This document shows, in pieces, positions 8,875-18,369 of a DNA stretch of 64,000 bases. How positions within the stretch are numbered: the first letter of the stretch is position 1; each line of letters begins with the position of its first letter. The stretch is taken from NCBI GenBank assembly GCA_963841915.1, contig CAWJEN010000006.1, forward strand, positions 896,001 to 960,000, given 5' to 3'. A program made the position numbers and the translations under genes. The stretch comes from an uncultured Planctomycetota bacterium (GTDB lineage: Bacteria; Planctomycetota; Phycisphaerae; Tepidisphaerales; Tepidisphaeraceae). A model generated the notes under the pieces. The model was not told the origin of the DNA. It ran no database searches and saw only the letters and a program-made list of their open reading frames with translations.

Positions 8875-10344
8875 CTAGCGACGCGACTTCTTCTTGTTGC
8901 GGTCCTTTTTGGCCATGCGGGTCGAGCCTTTGGTCTTGAGCCCGCCACCGGCCTGGGCCATGCCACCGATGCCGCCACCCATGAGGCCGCCGACCATGCT
9001 CCGCATGCGGCCGATCCCGCCGCCGCTCATGGTTTTCGTCAGGCCACGCATCGCCTCGAACTGCTTGAGAAACTGGTTCACGTCGGCCGGTTGTGAGCCC
9101 GAACCGCCTGCCACGCGACGCCGACGGCCGTGCTCGATGATCGCCGGCTTTCTTCGCTCGGCAGGCGTCATCGAGTCGTACATCGCCCGCATGCGGCCCA
9201 TCATGCCTTCCATTTCCGGCCCGGCCATGCTGCTGGCCTTGGCCAGATCACCCATGCCCGGGATCATGCCCATGACCTTGCTCATGCTGCCGAGCTTGCG
9301 GATCTGACCCATTTGGCTCATGAAGTCATCGAGCGTCAGCTCGCCCTTCATCATTTTGTCTTGCTGCCTTTGAAGCTCTTCTTCGTCGAGCTTGTCCTTC
9401 ACCTGCTCGACGAGGCCCATCAGGTCGCCCGCTCCGAGGATGCGTTGGGCCGTGCCTTCGGGGCGGAACTCCTCGAGGCCGTCGAGCTTTTCGCCCGTGC
9501 CGAGGAATTTGACCGGCTTGCCGGTGACATACTTGGCGCTGAGCAACGAGCCGCCGCGGGTGTCGGAGTCGAACTTGGTAAGGATCAAACCGTCGAGCTC
9601 GAGACGTTCATTGAAAGACTTGGCCGTCGCGACCGCGTCCTGGCCGGTCATCGAGTCCAGGACGAGGAAGATCTGGTGCGCCCCGACGGCCTTGTTCACG
9701 TCGGCCAACTCGCTCATGAGCTCATCGTCAATGCTCAGGCGACCGGCCGTGTCGAGGATCAGGATGTCCTTGTTCTGTGCCTTGGCCTCCCTGACCGCCG
9801 CCTTGGCGACGCTGACGGCAGCGCCCTTGCTCACCTTGCCGTGCTCGGCGGCCTTGCTCTTGTCGGCGTACACCGGTACGCCCGCCTGCTCACCGATGAC
9901 GATGAGCTGCTCGATAGCGGCAGGGCGTTGCAAGTCGACCGCTGCGAGCATCGGGTTGTGCCCGCGGCGCGACAGGTACCGCGCCAGCTTGCCGCTCGTC
10001 GTCGTCTTACCGCTGCCCTGCAGACCGGCCATCATGATGATCGTCGGACCGGGCGTGACCGTGTAAATCTTCGCATCCACCGGCCCCAGCAAGCTGACCA
10101 GCTCGTCGTACACGATCTTGACCATCAGGTCGGCCGGCTTTAGCGACGCCGTCACTTCGGCACCAATCGCCTTGTCCGTCACATTCTTCATGAACTCGCG
10201 GACGACCTCCTGATTCACGTCGGCCTCGAGCAAAGCCGTCCGCACCTCGCGCATCGCGTCGCGGACATTCTCCTCGCTGATCTGGCCACGACCTGAGAGG
10301 TGGCGGAGGGCACCTTGAAACTTTTCTGTCAGTCCTTCAAGCAT
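8875..10344 (-). CDS. ffh: Signal recognition particle protein
   Basis: ALLEADV, GLQGSGKTTT, DTAGRL, TKFDSDTRGG and a Met-rich M domain. Confidence 0.97.
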   Translation of the reverse strand: MLEGLTEKFQGALRHLSGRGQISEENVRDAMREVRTALLEADVNQEVVREFMKNVTDKAIGAEVTASLKPADLMVKIVYDELVSLLGPVDAKIYTVTPGPTIIMMAGLQGSGKTTTSGKLARYLSRRGHNPMLAAVDLQRPAAIEQLIVIGEQAGVPVYADKSKAAEHGKVSKGAAVSVAKAAVREAKAQNKDILILDTAGRLSIDDELMSELADVNKAVGAHQIFLVLDSMTGQDAVATAKSFNERLELDGLILTKFDSDTRGGSLLSAKYVTGKPVKFLGTGEKLDGLEEFRPEGTAQRILGAGDLMGLVEQVKDKLDEEELQRQQDKMMKGELTLDDFMSQMGQIRKLGSMSKVMGMIPGMGDLAKASSMAGPEMEGMMGRMRAMYDSMTPAERRKPAIIEHGRRRRVAGGSGSQPADVNQFLKQFEAMRGLTKTMSGGGIGRMRSMVGGLMGGGIGGMAQAGGGLKTKGSTRMAKKDRNKKKSRR

Positions 10345-10520
10345 CGGAGACCACTCTATGGAAGGCCCCGCGGTTTCGTCCCCTCTGCCACGCAGACGGC
10401 ACGGATTGCCCAGAGTCACAACTGGTAAATCTGCTTGATTCTGCGCCCGATGCGCTGCATCATTGCGGTGTCCTGCGGGAACCGTGCGGACACATCAATC
10501 GGAGACTCTACCCAGAGATT

Positions 10521-11177
10521 ATGCACCCTCTTAAGACCCTCGCCGCAGCCGGCTTTGTCGCTGCCGCAACGACCTCTGCCAACGCTGCCCTTCAGATCGA
10601 TGTCACCGGCATCGACTTCACCTACGACGGCAGCACCATCAGCGACGAGGGCGGCGCAGGTCTGACCGGTGGGCTTGACCTGCTCGACAGCGTCGACTTC
10701 TACCAGGATGGCGTCCTCCTCGGCTCGCTGGACGCGGCTGACAACGCGGCCATCGATGTCAATGTCTTCGGCGTGAGCAACATTCCCGTCGGTGGCGGTG
10801 TGGTCTCTCAGGTCGGAGCGCCAAACATCGGCTTCGACCTGTTCATCAACGAAGGTCTCGGCGGTAACCTGTTCCTCGACGTCTCAGGCTTCCAGGTCTT
10901 CTACTCCGGCAACGAGATTGGCATCACCGGCGTCACCGGTACCGCCGCGATCTTCTCCGACTTCAACCTGCCGTTCGGCGTCGACTTTGACGACGACGAG
11001 CCGGTCAGCATCACGTTCTCGGGTCTGATCGACTCGCTCACGGACGACGGCACGTTCGTCACCGGCTTCACCGCCGATGGCACCGCCTCCATCCGCGGCA
11101 CGGCCGTCCCCGAGCCGACCAGCCTCGCCGCCCTCGGCCTCGTCGGCATGACCATGCTGCGTCGCCGCAGCCGCTGA
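10521..11177 (+). CDS. PEP-CTERM surface protein
   Basis: Signal peptide and C-terminal VPEPTSLAALGLVGMTMLRRRSR. Confidence 0.92.
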   Translation: MHPLKTLAAAGFVAAATTSANAALQIDVTGIDFTYDGSTISDEGGAGLTGGLDLLDSVDFYQDGVLLGSLDAADNAAIDVNVFGVSNIPVGGGVVSQVGAPNIGFDLFINEGLGGNLFLDVSGFQVFYSGNEIGITGVTGTAAIFSDFNLPFGVDFDDDEPVSITFSGLIDSLTDDGTFVTGFTADGTASIRGTAVPEPTSLAALGLVGMTMLRRRSR

Positions 11178-11197
11178 GTGAGCCGTATACCTCATTG

Positions 11198-11229
11198 AAG
11201 CCGCCCCCGGACTTCGGGGGCGGCTTTTT
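11198..11229 (+). terminator. Intrinsic terminator
   Basis: AAGCCGCCCCCG...CGGGGGCGGCTT stem followed by a T run. Confidence 0.8.
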
Positions 11230-11273
11230 CTGTTCACCGTCGGGCGATTCAACCCAAGCTCGTATAGCAGTTT

Positions 11274-11361
11274 GTACTCCCGAGCGAAGCGCAGCGGAGT
11301 CGACGGACCTCGCCGCGTCGACGCATCAGGGACAATGCACCACGGCTTCGCCCGGGATGAC
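11274..11361. repeat. REP-like palindromic element
   Basis: Ends GTACTCCCGAGCGAAGC and GCTTCGCCCGGGATGAC are inverted repeats (14/17), between convergent genes. Confidence 0.55.
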
Positions 11362-11394
11362 GGAGATGCACAGGTCTGCAGGCAGCCAATTGCT

Positions 11395-12801
11395 CTAGAT
11401 GCCGTCGAACCCGCCGGCGAGGTTGCGGAACGTCGTTGTCTTGTTGTCGAACGTCAGCTTCACCGTGCCCGTCGGGCCGTTCCGCTGCTTGGCGATGATA
11501 ATCTCTGCCTCATTCGTCGGGACGAAATCGGGATCGGTCTGGCGGTAATAGTCCTCGCGGTGCAGAAGCAGCACCACGTCAGCATCCTGCTCGATGCTGC
11601 CGGACTCACGCAGATCGCTCATCCGCGGCTTGTGGCCCTCGCGGCCTTCGCTTTGGCGGTTGAGCTGGCTGAGGCAGATGACCGGAATGTTGAGCTCGCG
11701 GGCAATGCCCTTGATGCCGCGGCTGATTTCGGTGATCTGCTGCTGGCGTGATTCGACGCCGCTCGTGCCTTCCATGAGCTGCATGTAGTCGATCATGATC
11801 ATCTTCACACCACGCTGCAGTGCCAGGCGGCGAGCCTTGGCCCGCAGGTCCATGATCGTCAGACCCGGCGTGTCGTCGACCCAGATCGGGAACTTGCTCA
11901 GCTCGGCCACCATCAGTGCCAGCCGCTGATACTCTTCCGCCCGCAGCGTGCCCTTACGCACCCGCTGCGCGTCAATCGACGCGCGGCTGCACATCAGCCG
12001 CTGGGCGAGCTGCTGCTTGCTCATTTCGAGGCTGAAGACGCCGACCGGCTGCTTCTTGGAGGCGATGGCCTCGACGATGTTCATCGCGATGGCCGTCTTA
12101 CCCATGGACGGCCGTGCGGCGACGATGACCATCTCGCCATCCTGCAGGCCGTGGAGCATGTCGTCGAGGTCAACGAAGTCAGTCATCAGACCCGCCCGGG
12201 CCTTGTCCTCGATCATCTCGTACACGCTCTCGGCGATCTCTCCGATGCCGGCGACCTCGCCGCTGACCTTCTGCTGCTGCAGATCGAACACCCGCTTCTC
12301 GGCCCGGTCCATCACCTGCTCGACCGACTCGTGCGGGCTGTAGGCGTCCTGGAGCGTCTTGTTGCTCGCGTCGATGAGCTTGCGCAGCATCGACTTTTCG
12401 CGAACGACGGCCGCGTAGTGCAGGCAATGGGCGGCCGACGGGACGCTGCCGAGGATCTCGGCGATATACGTCGTGCCACCGACCTCTTCGAGCAATTGCC
12501 GACGGGCCAAATCCTCCCGTAGCAAGACGGCATCGACGGGCTTGTTGTCCTGCCAGAGCTTGACGAGCGACTCGAAGATGATCTGGTGGTCGGCCAGGTA
12601 GAAGGCGTCGCGATCGACCTTCTGCACAACCTCGCCGATTGCGTCGCGATCGAGCGTCATACTCGCCAGCAGACACATTTCCGACTCGATGGAGTGGGGC
12701 GGCAGCTTGTTGGCGATGAGCTCGCCGACGCTGTCGCCAAAGGCGGTGCCGTTGGCGCGGCTGGAGGTGTCGGAGTCTGCGAAGCGGCGGGGCGTAGCCA
12801 T
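11395..12801 (-). CDS. dnaB: Replicative DNA helicase
   Basis: PPHSIESE, AARPSMGKT, IDYMQLM, SQLNR, DLRESGSIEQDAD, KQRNGPTG. No intein insertion. Confidence 0.97.
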   Translation of the reverse strand: MATPRRFADSDTSSRANGTAFGDSVGELIANKLPPHSIESEMCLLASMTLDRDAIGEVVQKVDRDAFYLADHQIIFESLVKLWQDNKPVDAVLLREDLARRQLLEEVGGTTYIAEILGSVPSAAHCLHYAAVVREKSMLRKLIDASNKTLQDAYSPHESVEQVMDRAEKRVFDLQQQKVSGEVAGIGEIAESVYEMIEDKARAGLMTDFVDLDDMLHGLQDGEMVIVAARPSMGKTAIAMNIVEAIASKKQPVGVFSLEMSKQQLAQRLMCSRASIDAQRVRKGTLRAEEYQRLALMVAELSKFPIWVDDTPGLTIMDLRAKARRLALQRGVKMIMIDYMQLMEGTSGVESRQQQITEISRGIKGIARELNIPVICLSQLNRQSEGREGHKPRMSDLRESGSIEQDADVVLLLHREDYYRQTDPDFVPTNEAEIIIAKQRNGPTGTVKLTFDNKTTTFRNLAGGFDGI

Positions 12802-12978
12802 GTGCGTCTGTGATCGGTCAATCGCGGCGGGTCCGTCCTGCGGAAAACGAACATTACCCGAACCGGCGAAACATTGGCAAGAAGCCGACCGGGCGGCCAA
12901 AGGGTACCTGCCAACGAGACGACCCCGCGGCAAAAACCGCGGGGTCGACAGGTTGTTCAGGTTACCGAAGAGCGACCG

Positions 12979-13758
12979 CTACTTGCGACGCCGCAGGGCC
13001 AGCAGGCCGAGCATCGCCGAGCCACCGAGCGTGGCGACGGGCTCGGGGACGACGGTCACAAAGGTGCTGAAGTCTGTCAGGGTGACGTTGGACAATCCCG
13101 GGTTGCCGCCGCTGAAGCTCGCACCGATGAACTCGTTCGAGCGGAAGAAACCGTCGGCGTCGAAGGGGTTGCCGTAGGTGGCAAAGAAGTCGAAGCTGTC
13201 ACCGGCAGCGAGTCCAAGCTGCCCGAGCGTGATCTCGAATTCACGATCCTTCCCCATAACCATCTGGTTAGCACTCGTGACGAACACAGGGCCACCAGCC
13301 GTCAGTTGATACAGGCCAGCAAAACCAGACTCCATCGAAATGGCGTAATCAGCCAGGAAGCCGCTGGCGAACGTGATCTGCGACCCGCGGTCGGGACTTA
13401 CCGCTTGCTCAGATTGAGTTCCAAAACTCGAGCCGTCGTCCGCCGTAGAAGCGAAGCCGCCGGCGATCGAGTCGATGTAGATGACTGCCGTGTCGCTGCC
13501 ACCACCAAAGGTGCCGGGGCCGACCTGAAGGCCGAAGTTAAGATCGCCGGTCACGCTCGAATCGATGTTCAGTCGAGCACCATCGCCAATGACATCGCCG
13601 AAGCCACCATTGATGCCATCGACACCGCCGACGTACTCGCCGCTGTTGATGGTGCCGTCGTTCGTAGCCGACGTGGCGGTCGTGTCAACGACAGTCGCGG
13701 CATAGGACGACGCAGTGAGCGAAACGGCCGCGGCTGCGGCAAGAACTGCATACTTCAT
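12979..13758 (-). CDS. PEP-CTERM surface protein
   Basis: Signal peptide MKYAVLAAAAAV and C-terminal VPEPVATLGGSAMLGLLALRRRK. Confidence 0.9.
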   Translation of the reverse strand: MKYAVLAAAAAVSLTASSYAATVVDTTATSATNDGTINSGEYVGGVDGINGGFGDVIGDGARLNIDSSVTGDLNFGLQVGPGTFGGGSDTAVIYIDSIAGGFASTADDGSSFGTQSEQAVSPDRGSQITFASGFLADYAISMESGFAGLYQLTAGGPVFVTSANQMVMGKDREFEITLGQLGLAAGDSFDFFATYGNPFDADGFFRSNEFIGASFSGGNPGLSNVTLTDFSTFVTVVPEPVATLGGSAMLGLLALRRRK

Positions 13759-13819
13759 CTTGTCTCCTCTGAGTTTACCGCCAGACCGCAACCACTGCGG
13801 CCACGACGGGCATCAGAGA

Positions 13820-13847
13820 AGGTTAACCGTTTTACGCCGCCTGTCAA
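13820..13847 (-). promoter_or_regulatory. Putative sigma70 promoter TTGACA-N16-TAACCT
   Basis: Perfect -35 hexamer and a TAnnnT -10 hexamer upstream of the PEP-CTERM gene. Confidence 0.6.
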
Positions 13848-13917
13848 GTAGGCAGGTGCAGCAAAAACTTCGACCGGCACAGCCGCTGCCTTGGCGTACG
13901 CATCGGCGGCCGACAAC

Positions 13918-13951
13918 AAAAAGCACCCCACGACAGCGTCGCGGGGTGCTT
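13918..13951 (-). terminator. Intrinsic terminator after rplI
   Basis: AAGCACCCC...GGGGTGCTT stem with an A run on + (T tail on -). Confidence 0.75.
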
Positions 13952-13974
13952 CCAGTATTTTGGAATTGCTGACG

Positions 13975-14610
13975 CTACTTCGAAGCCTTCTCGCTCTCGA
14001 AGTCGTTCAGCGCCGCCTCACGGGCGGCCGCCTCCTGGGCGGCTTGGGCTTCGTCACGCTCGCGTTGCTCGATCTCGAACTCCTCGATGGCGTCGCGGGA
14101 CTCTTCATCAGGCTTGACCACAACCGCGATCTCGCGGATGAGGTCGTCGGCGAAGCGGACATCTGCCTCGAATCGGCCGACCGAGTCGATCTTGCCGTGC
14201 AGGTTGATCTCGTCAGCCGTGATGACCGCGTGTTCGTGCTCGGCCAGGCCGGCCTCGCCGAGGGCGTGGGCGATGTCGCTGGCACCGACGCTGCCGTACA
14301 GGCCGCCACGCTCGTTAGCTCGGCGGACCAGCATGACATCATGCCCTTCGAGCTTGGCCAGTAGGGCTTCCTGCTGCGAGCGTCGCTCAGCCTCGAACTT
14401 CTCGTAGTCCTTCCGCTTGCTCTCAATCCGCTCGAGGTTCTTAGGCGTCGGCGTCATGGCCAGGCCACGCGGGACGAGGTAGTTGCGGGCGTAACCGGGT
14501 GCAACCTTGACAACATCACCGACCTTGCCGAGGTGGCGGATCGTCTCGTTGAGGAGCAGCTTGACGTCGCGATCTGCGACCTTCTTTTTCTTGCGGGAGA
14601 GGCGTGACAT
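13975..14610 (-). CDS. rplI: 50S ribosomal protein L9
   Basis: LGKVGDVVKVAPGYARNYLVPRGLA, GGLYGSV. Confidence 0.97.
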   Translation of the reverse strand: MSRLSRKKKKVADRDVKLLLNETIRHLGKVGDVVKVAPGYARNYLVPRGLAMTPTPKNLERIESKRKDYEKFEAERRSQQEALLAKLEGHDVMLVRRANERGGLYGSVGASDIAHALGEAGLAEHEHAVITADEINLHGKIDSVGRFEADVRFADDLIREIAVVVKPDEESRDAIEEFEIEQRERDEAQAAQEAAAREAALNDFESEKASK

Positions 14611-14745
14611 GAATGGATCGGGGTCAGGAGCAGGGGAAAAGGCTCGTGTCCTGGCGGTCGGGATGCCAGTTAGGCCGGGGAAGGAAGATACGAGTACCGA
14701 GAGATGGGGGACGGGAAGTCAGATTCTGCCCTCGTTACTCGTGAC

Positions 14746-15285
14746 TCAAAATGGAATGTCGTCGTCGCCGAACTGTTCCTGATCGTCAAACGGCTCGGCG
14801 GCGGGTTGTTTGTCGGGTTGGCGACTGGACGGGGCTGAACGCCTGGATCCGCCGCCACCGCGTGGGGCATCGTCATACTCGTCGCCGCCACCACTACGGC
14901 TGCTGCCGCGGGAGTAGCTGCCGCCACCACCACCATCACCACCCGCGTCGTCGCGGCCACCGATGAATTGGAAGTTGTCGACGACGACGCTGAGCTTGCT
15001 CCGCTTACCGCCGCCGTTGCGGTCGTCCCAGGAGTCGAACTTGAGTCGGCCTTCGATGAAGATCGGCTTACCCTTGGTGCAGTACTGGTTGATGACCTCG
15101 CCCGTGCGGCCGAATGCGGTGCAGTCGACGAAGAGCACTTCTTCGCGATCTTCGCCGCCTTGCGTGCGGAACTTGCGGTTGCTGGCGATGCCGAACTCAC
15201 AGACGGCAGTCTGGCTCGGCAGATACTTCATCTGCGGGTCACGCGTCAGGTTGCCCATCAGCAGCACTTTGTTGAAGCTGGCCAT
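14746..15285 (-). CDS. ssb: Single-stranded DNA-binding protein
   Basis: FNKVLLMGNLTRDP and C-terminal DDDIPF. Confidence 0.98.
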   Translation of the reverse strand: MASFNKVLLMGNLTRDPQMKYLPSQTAVCEFGIASNRKFRTQGGEDREEVLFVDCTAFGRTGEVINQYCTKGKPIFIEGRLKFDSWDDRNGGGKRSKLSVVVDNFQFIGGRDDAGGDGGGGGSYSRGSSRSGGGDEYDDAPRGGGGSRRSAPSSRQPDKQPAAEPFDDQEQFGDDDIPF

Positions 15286-15374
15286 AGCGGTGAGGGTAAG
15301 GGAAAATCAGCGGGCGTGCGGTCGTACCGCCTCCGATAGCCGAGCCACTGAAACGGCTCGCCCGTCCGCGTCAA

Positions 15375-15833
15375 CTACTCGCTGTCGCTTTCGTCGCCGC
15401 CCTCGTCGTCAGAGTCGCTGTAGGCCTCGGCCTCTTCGGCTCGCTCGGCAGCGGGACGGCGGGGGCCGTCGTCGTCACGGCTCTTGCGGGGCGCCGGCTT
15501 CTGCGGCTGCATCGCTTCGACTTCGGCGGCCGACAGGTGCGAGGCGTCGGTGATGAGGCACCGCAGGATGTCGTCGGTGATGTTCACCTCGCGGTTGATC
15601 GCCTCGATGGCGGGCGGCGGGGCGTGGAAGAACGTCGAAATGTAAACGCCGCGGGTCTGCTTCTTGACCTCGTAGGCGAGCTTGCGGTCGTCCCACTTCC
15701 TGAGCACATCGGCCGTGCCGCCGTGCTTTTCGATGAGGGTGCGCACCGACGACATGGTGTCGTCCAGATTCGCGCTGGCACTGGAGCCGAAGAGGAAGAG
15801 ACCTTCGTAAGCGCGGGATTCGTCAGCAGACAT
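15375..15833 (-). CDS. rpsF: 30S ribosomal protein S6
   Basis: RAYEGLFL, WDDRKLAYEVKK, acidic tail, position upstream of ssb. Confidence 0.93.
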   Translation of the reverse strand: MSADESRAYEGLFLFGSSASANLDDTMSSVRTLIEKHGGTADVLRKWDDRKLAYEVKKQTRGVYISTFFHAPPPAIEAINREVNITDDILRCLITDASHLSAAEVEAMQPQKPAPRKSRDDDGPRRPAAERAEEAEAYSDSDDEGGDESDSE

Positions 15834-15938
15834 GATGAGGCGTTGGGTGAGGGAGGCTTCGCGGAAGCGACGTTCGTTGTCGCTGCCGACGCCACGCGTC
15901 GGCGAAGTCGGGCGGGCACTGTAGGCCCGAGGAACGAG

Positions 15939-16535
15939 CTACGCGTTGAACTCGTTCATGGCCTTTGTCAGGCCGTCCTGCACCCACGCAAGGCAGCAGG
16001 CGGCGGCTTTGGGCAGGGAGGCATCGATGTCGCCTCGCTGCTCGGGCGTGAACTGGCCGAGCACCCAATCCTTGCCGGCGACGGGGCCGGGAGGCGGATC
16101 GATGCCGACGCGGAGGCGAGCGTAGGTCTTGGAGCCCAGGGCTCTGGCGACATCTTTGAGGCCGTTGTGCCCGCCGTCGCTCCCGTCGCCGCGGAGACGG
16201 AGCTTGCCCGCCGGCAAGGCCAGCTCGTCGACGACGACCAGCACCTTCTCGGGTGGCACCTTGTAGAAGCCCACCGCTTGCTTCAGGCTCCTGCCGCTGA
16301 GGTTCATGAATGTGATCGGCTTGACCAGCAACAGCTTTTCAGTGCTGCCGTTTGGCAGGTCGGCTACGCCCTCGAACGTCATCGCCTCGAACCGCGTGCG
16401 GCTGAGGCGGTTGAAGTCACCGACCGGAGCCCAGCCTACTCGCTCGGCCAGTGCGTCGAGCACCTCCCACCCGACGTTGTGCCGGGTACCTTCGTACTCG
16501 CGTCCGGGATTGCCGAGGCCGAGGATGAGGTGCAT
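15939..16535 (-). CDS. pth: Peptidyl-tRNA hydrolase
   Basis: LGLGNPGREYEGTRHNVG, KPITFMNLSG, GGHNGLK. Confidence 0.97.
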   Translation of the reverse strand: MHLILGLGNPGREYEGTRHNVGWEVLDALAERVGWAPVGDFNRLSRTRFEAMTFEGVADLPNGSTEKLLLVKPITFMNLSGRSLKQAVGFYKVPPEKVLVVVDELALPAGKLRLRGDGSDGGHNGLKDVARALGSKTYARLRVGIDPPPGPVAGKDWVLGQFTPEQRGDIDASLPKAAACCLAWVQDGLTKAMNEFNA

Positions 16536-16630
16536 GACTGAATAGAGGTGAGTGAAAATGAAAGAGGAACGAGATCGGAGTGCAGGATGTTGCACTCGTT
16601 CCTCGTTCCTCACAGCTTCGACCAGGTTGC

Positions 16631-17314
16631 TCAGGCGTTGGGGCTTTGGGCCGTGTCACCTTCACCGGCGGCGTCGGCGGAGGCCTTGTCGCCGATGATT
16701 TCGGGCTCGTCACCGCTGAGCACGGGAGCACCAGTCTCAGGCGTCTCCTCATCCTTGTCGGGACGCGGGGCGGCCACCATGGCGACGGTGAAATCGCCCT
16801 CCATCGGAGGCAGCCTGACGCCGTCGGGCAGCTTGATGTCCCCGATGTGCAGCGAGTCACCGATCTCCAGGCCACTGATGTCGGCCGTAATCTCGTCGGG
16901 CAGTGCGCTGACCTTGCAGACGATCTCGAGCGTGTCGCGCATCTGCGTGAGGATGCCGCCCTCGATGGCTCCCTTGGCCTCGCCGATGAGCTTCAGTGCG
17001 ACCTCGCTGGTGATCTCTTCGTTCATGTCGACGCGGAAGAGGTCGACGTGAAGGATCTCGATGCCGAGGTGGTCGTACTGGACGTCCTTGACGAGGACCT
17101 GCTGCGTCTTGCCCTCGAGCTTGAGGTCGAGCACGTGGCCGCCCTTGCTGAAGGCTTCGAGGGTTTGCTTCGTGGGCAGGGTCAGGCTTTGTACCTCTTC
17201 GCCGTGGCCGTACAGCACGGCCGGAAGGTGGCCTTCCTTACGCATGCGGCGGCTGTTGCGGGTGCCAAGCTTCTCGCGAAGTTCAGCGTTCAATTCGATC
17301 TGGGTGTGGCTCAT
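16631..17314 (-). CDS. rplY: 50S ribosomal protein L25/general stress protein Ctc
   Basis: SRRMRKEGHLPAVLYG, VKDVQYD, LEIGDSLHIGDI. Confidence 0.95.
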   Translation of the reverse strand: MSHTQIELNAELREKLGTRNSRRMRKEGHLPAVLYGHGEEVQSLTLPTKQTLEAFSKGGHVLDLKLEGKTQQVLVKDVQYDHLGIEILHVDLFRVDMNEEITSEVALKLIGEAKGAIEGGILTQMRDTLEIVCKVSALPDEITADISGLEIGDSLHIGDIKLPDGVRLPPMEGDFTVAMVAAPRPDKDEETPETGAPVLSGDEPEIIGDKASADAAGEGDTAQSPNA

Positions 17315-17346
17315 CTGCGTGTCTCTCTAACGGAGGGTCAATGGGT

Positions 17347-18369
17347 TCAACGGTTGCGGTCGCTGCCTTGGAACAAGGCGCTGACGCTGCGGTTTTGGTG
17401 GATACGACGGATCGCCTCGCCCAGGAGCGGCGCGACGCTGAGCGTCGTGAGTCGATCGCGGATCGGGTCGAGGCGGCTGCCTTGTGGAATCGTGTCGCTG
17501 ACGGCAATTTGCGTGAAGTCGCACTCGGACAGTCGCTGGACTGCAGGTCCGGCAAAGACGCCGTGGGTAGCGGCCATGTAGACATCGCCTGCGCCATTCC
17601 GGCGAAGGATGTCGATCGCGCTGGCAACCGTGCCGGCCGTCGAAATCATGTCGTCGACCATCACGACAGTTTTGTCGCGAACGTCACCGATGATGTGGAC
17701 GGCTTCTGCCTCTTCGCCGCTGTGGCGACGCTTGTCGATGATGCTGAGCTTCGCCCCGTTCTGGTCGGCGTACATCTGCGTCCGCTTGACGTTGCCGACG
17801 TCGGGACTGACAAAGACCCATCCGGCGTCGTCCTTCATGCCGAGGCTGTCGAACCAGCCACTGAAGACCGGCCCAGCCGTCAGGTGGTCGACAGGAATAT
17901 CGAAAAAGCCCTGCACCTGGGCCGCATGCAGGTCGACGCTGACGACGCGGTCGCAGCCTGCCCGCTCGATAAGATTGGCGACCAGCTTGGCCGTGATCGG
18001 CACGCGGCCCTCGTCCTTGCGGTCTTGACGGGCGTAGCCGAAGTACGGAATGACGGCCGTCACGCGGCCGGCGCTGGCCCGCTTGAGCGTGTCGATCCAG
18101 ATGAACAGCTCCATGAGGTGTTCATTAGCCGGGTTGCAGGTCGGCTGGACAATGAAGCAGTCCTTGCCGCGAACGTCATCATCGATCTTGACGATCATCT
18201 CGCCGTCGGGGAACTTCGGAACGATCGCCCGGCCCATCTCGACATTGAGATACTGCGCGATGCTCCGGGCAAGCTTCGGGTTGGCAGTCCCGGCAAAGAG
18301 CTTGAGCTGTTCGGGCGGCTCGAGATTGGGCGAGAAATTAGAGGCGGAGGCACCCGTCGAAACGCTCAT
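17347..18369 (-). CDS. prs: Ribose-phosphate pyrophosphokinase
   Basis: FPDGE, PYFGYARQDRK, DLHAAQVQGFF, VDDMISTAGT. Confidence 0.97.
   Translation of the reverse strand: MSVSTGASASNFSPNLEPPEQLKLFAGTANPKLARSIAQYLNVEMGRAIVPKFPDGEMIVKIDDDVRGKDCFIVQPTCNPANEHLMELFIWIDTLKRASAGRVTAVIPYFGYARQDRKDEGRVPITAKLVANLIERAGCDRVVSVDLHAAQVQGFFDIPVDHLTAGPVFSGWFDSLGMKDDAGWVFVSPDVGNVKRTQMYADQNGAKLSIIDKRRHSGEEAEAVHIIGDVRDKTVVMVDDMISTAGTVASAIDILRRNGAGDVYMAATHGVFAGPAVQRLSECDFTQIAVSDTIPQGSRLDPIRDRLTTLSVAPLLGEAIRRIHQNRSVSALFQGSDRNR

Noticed and set aside
11395..15833. Possible replication origin near dnaB/ssb and the parS sites
   Set aside because: I saw no dnaA, no cluster of TTATCCACA boxes and no AT-rich unwinding element. 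Origin proximity is only inferred from parS.
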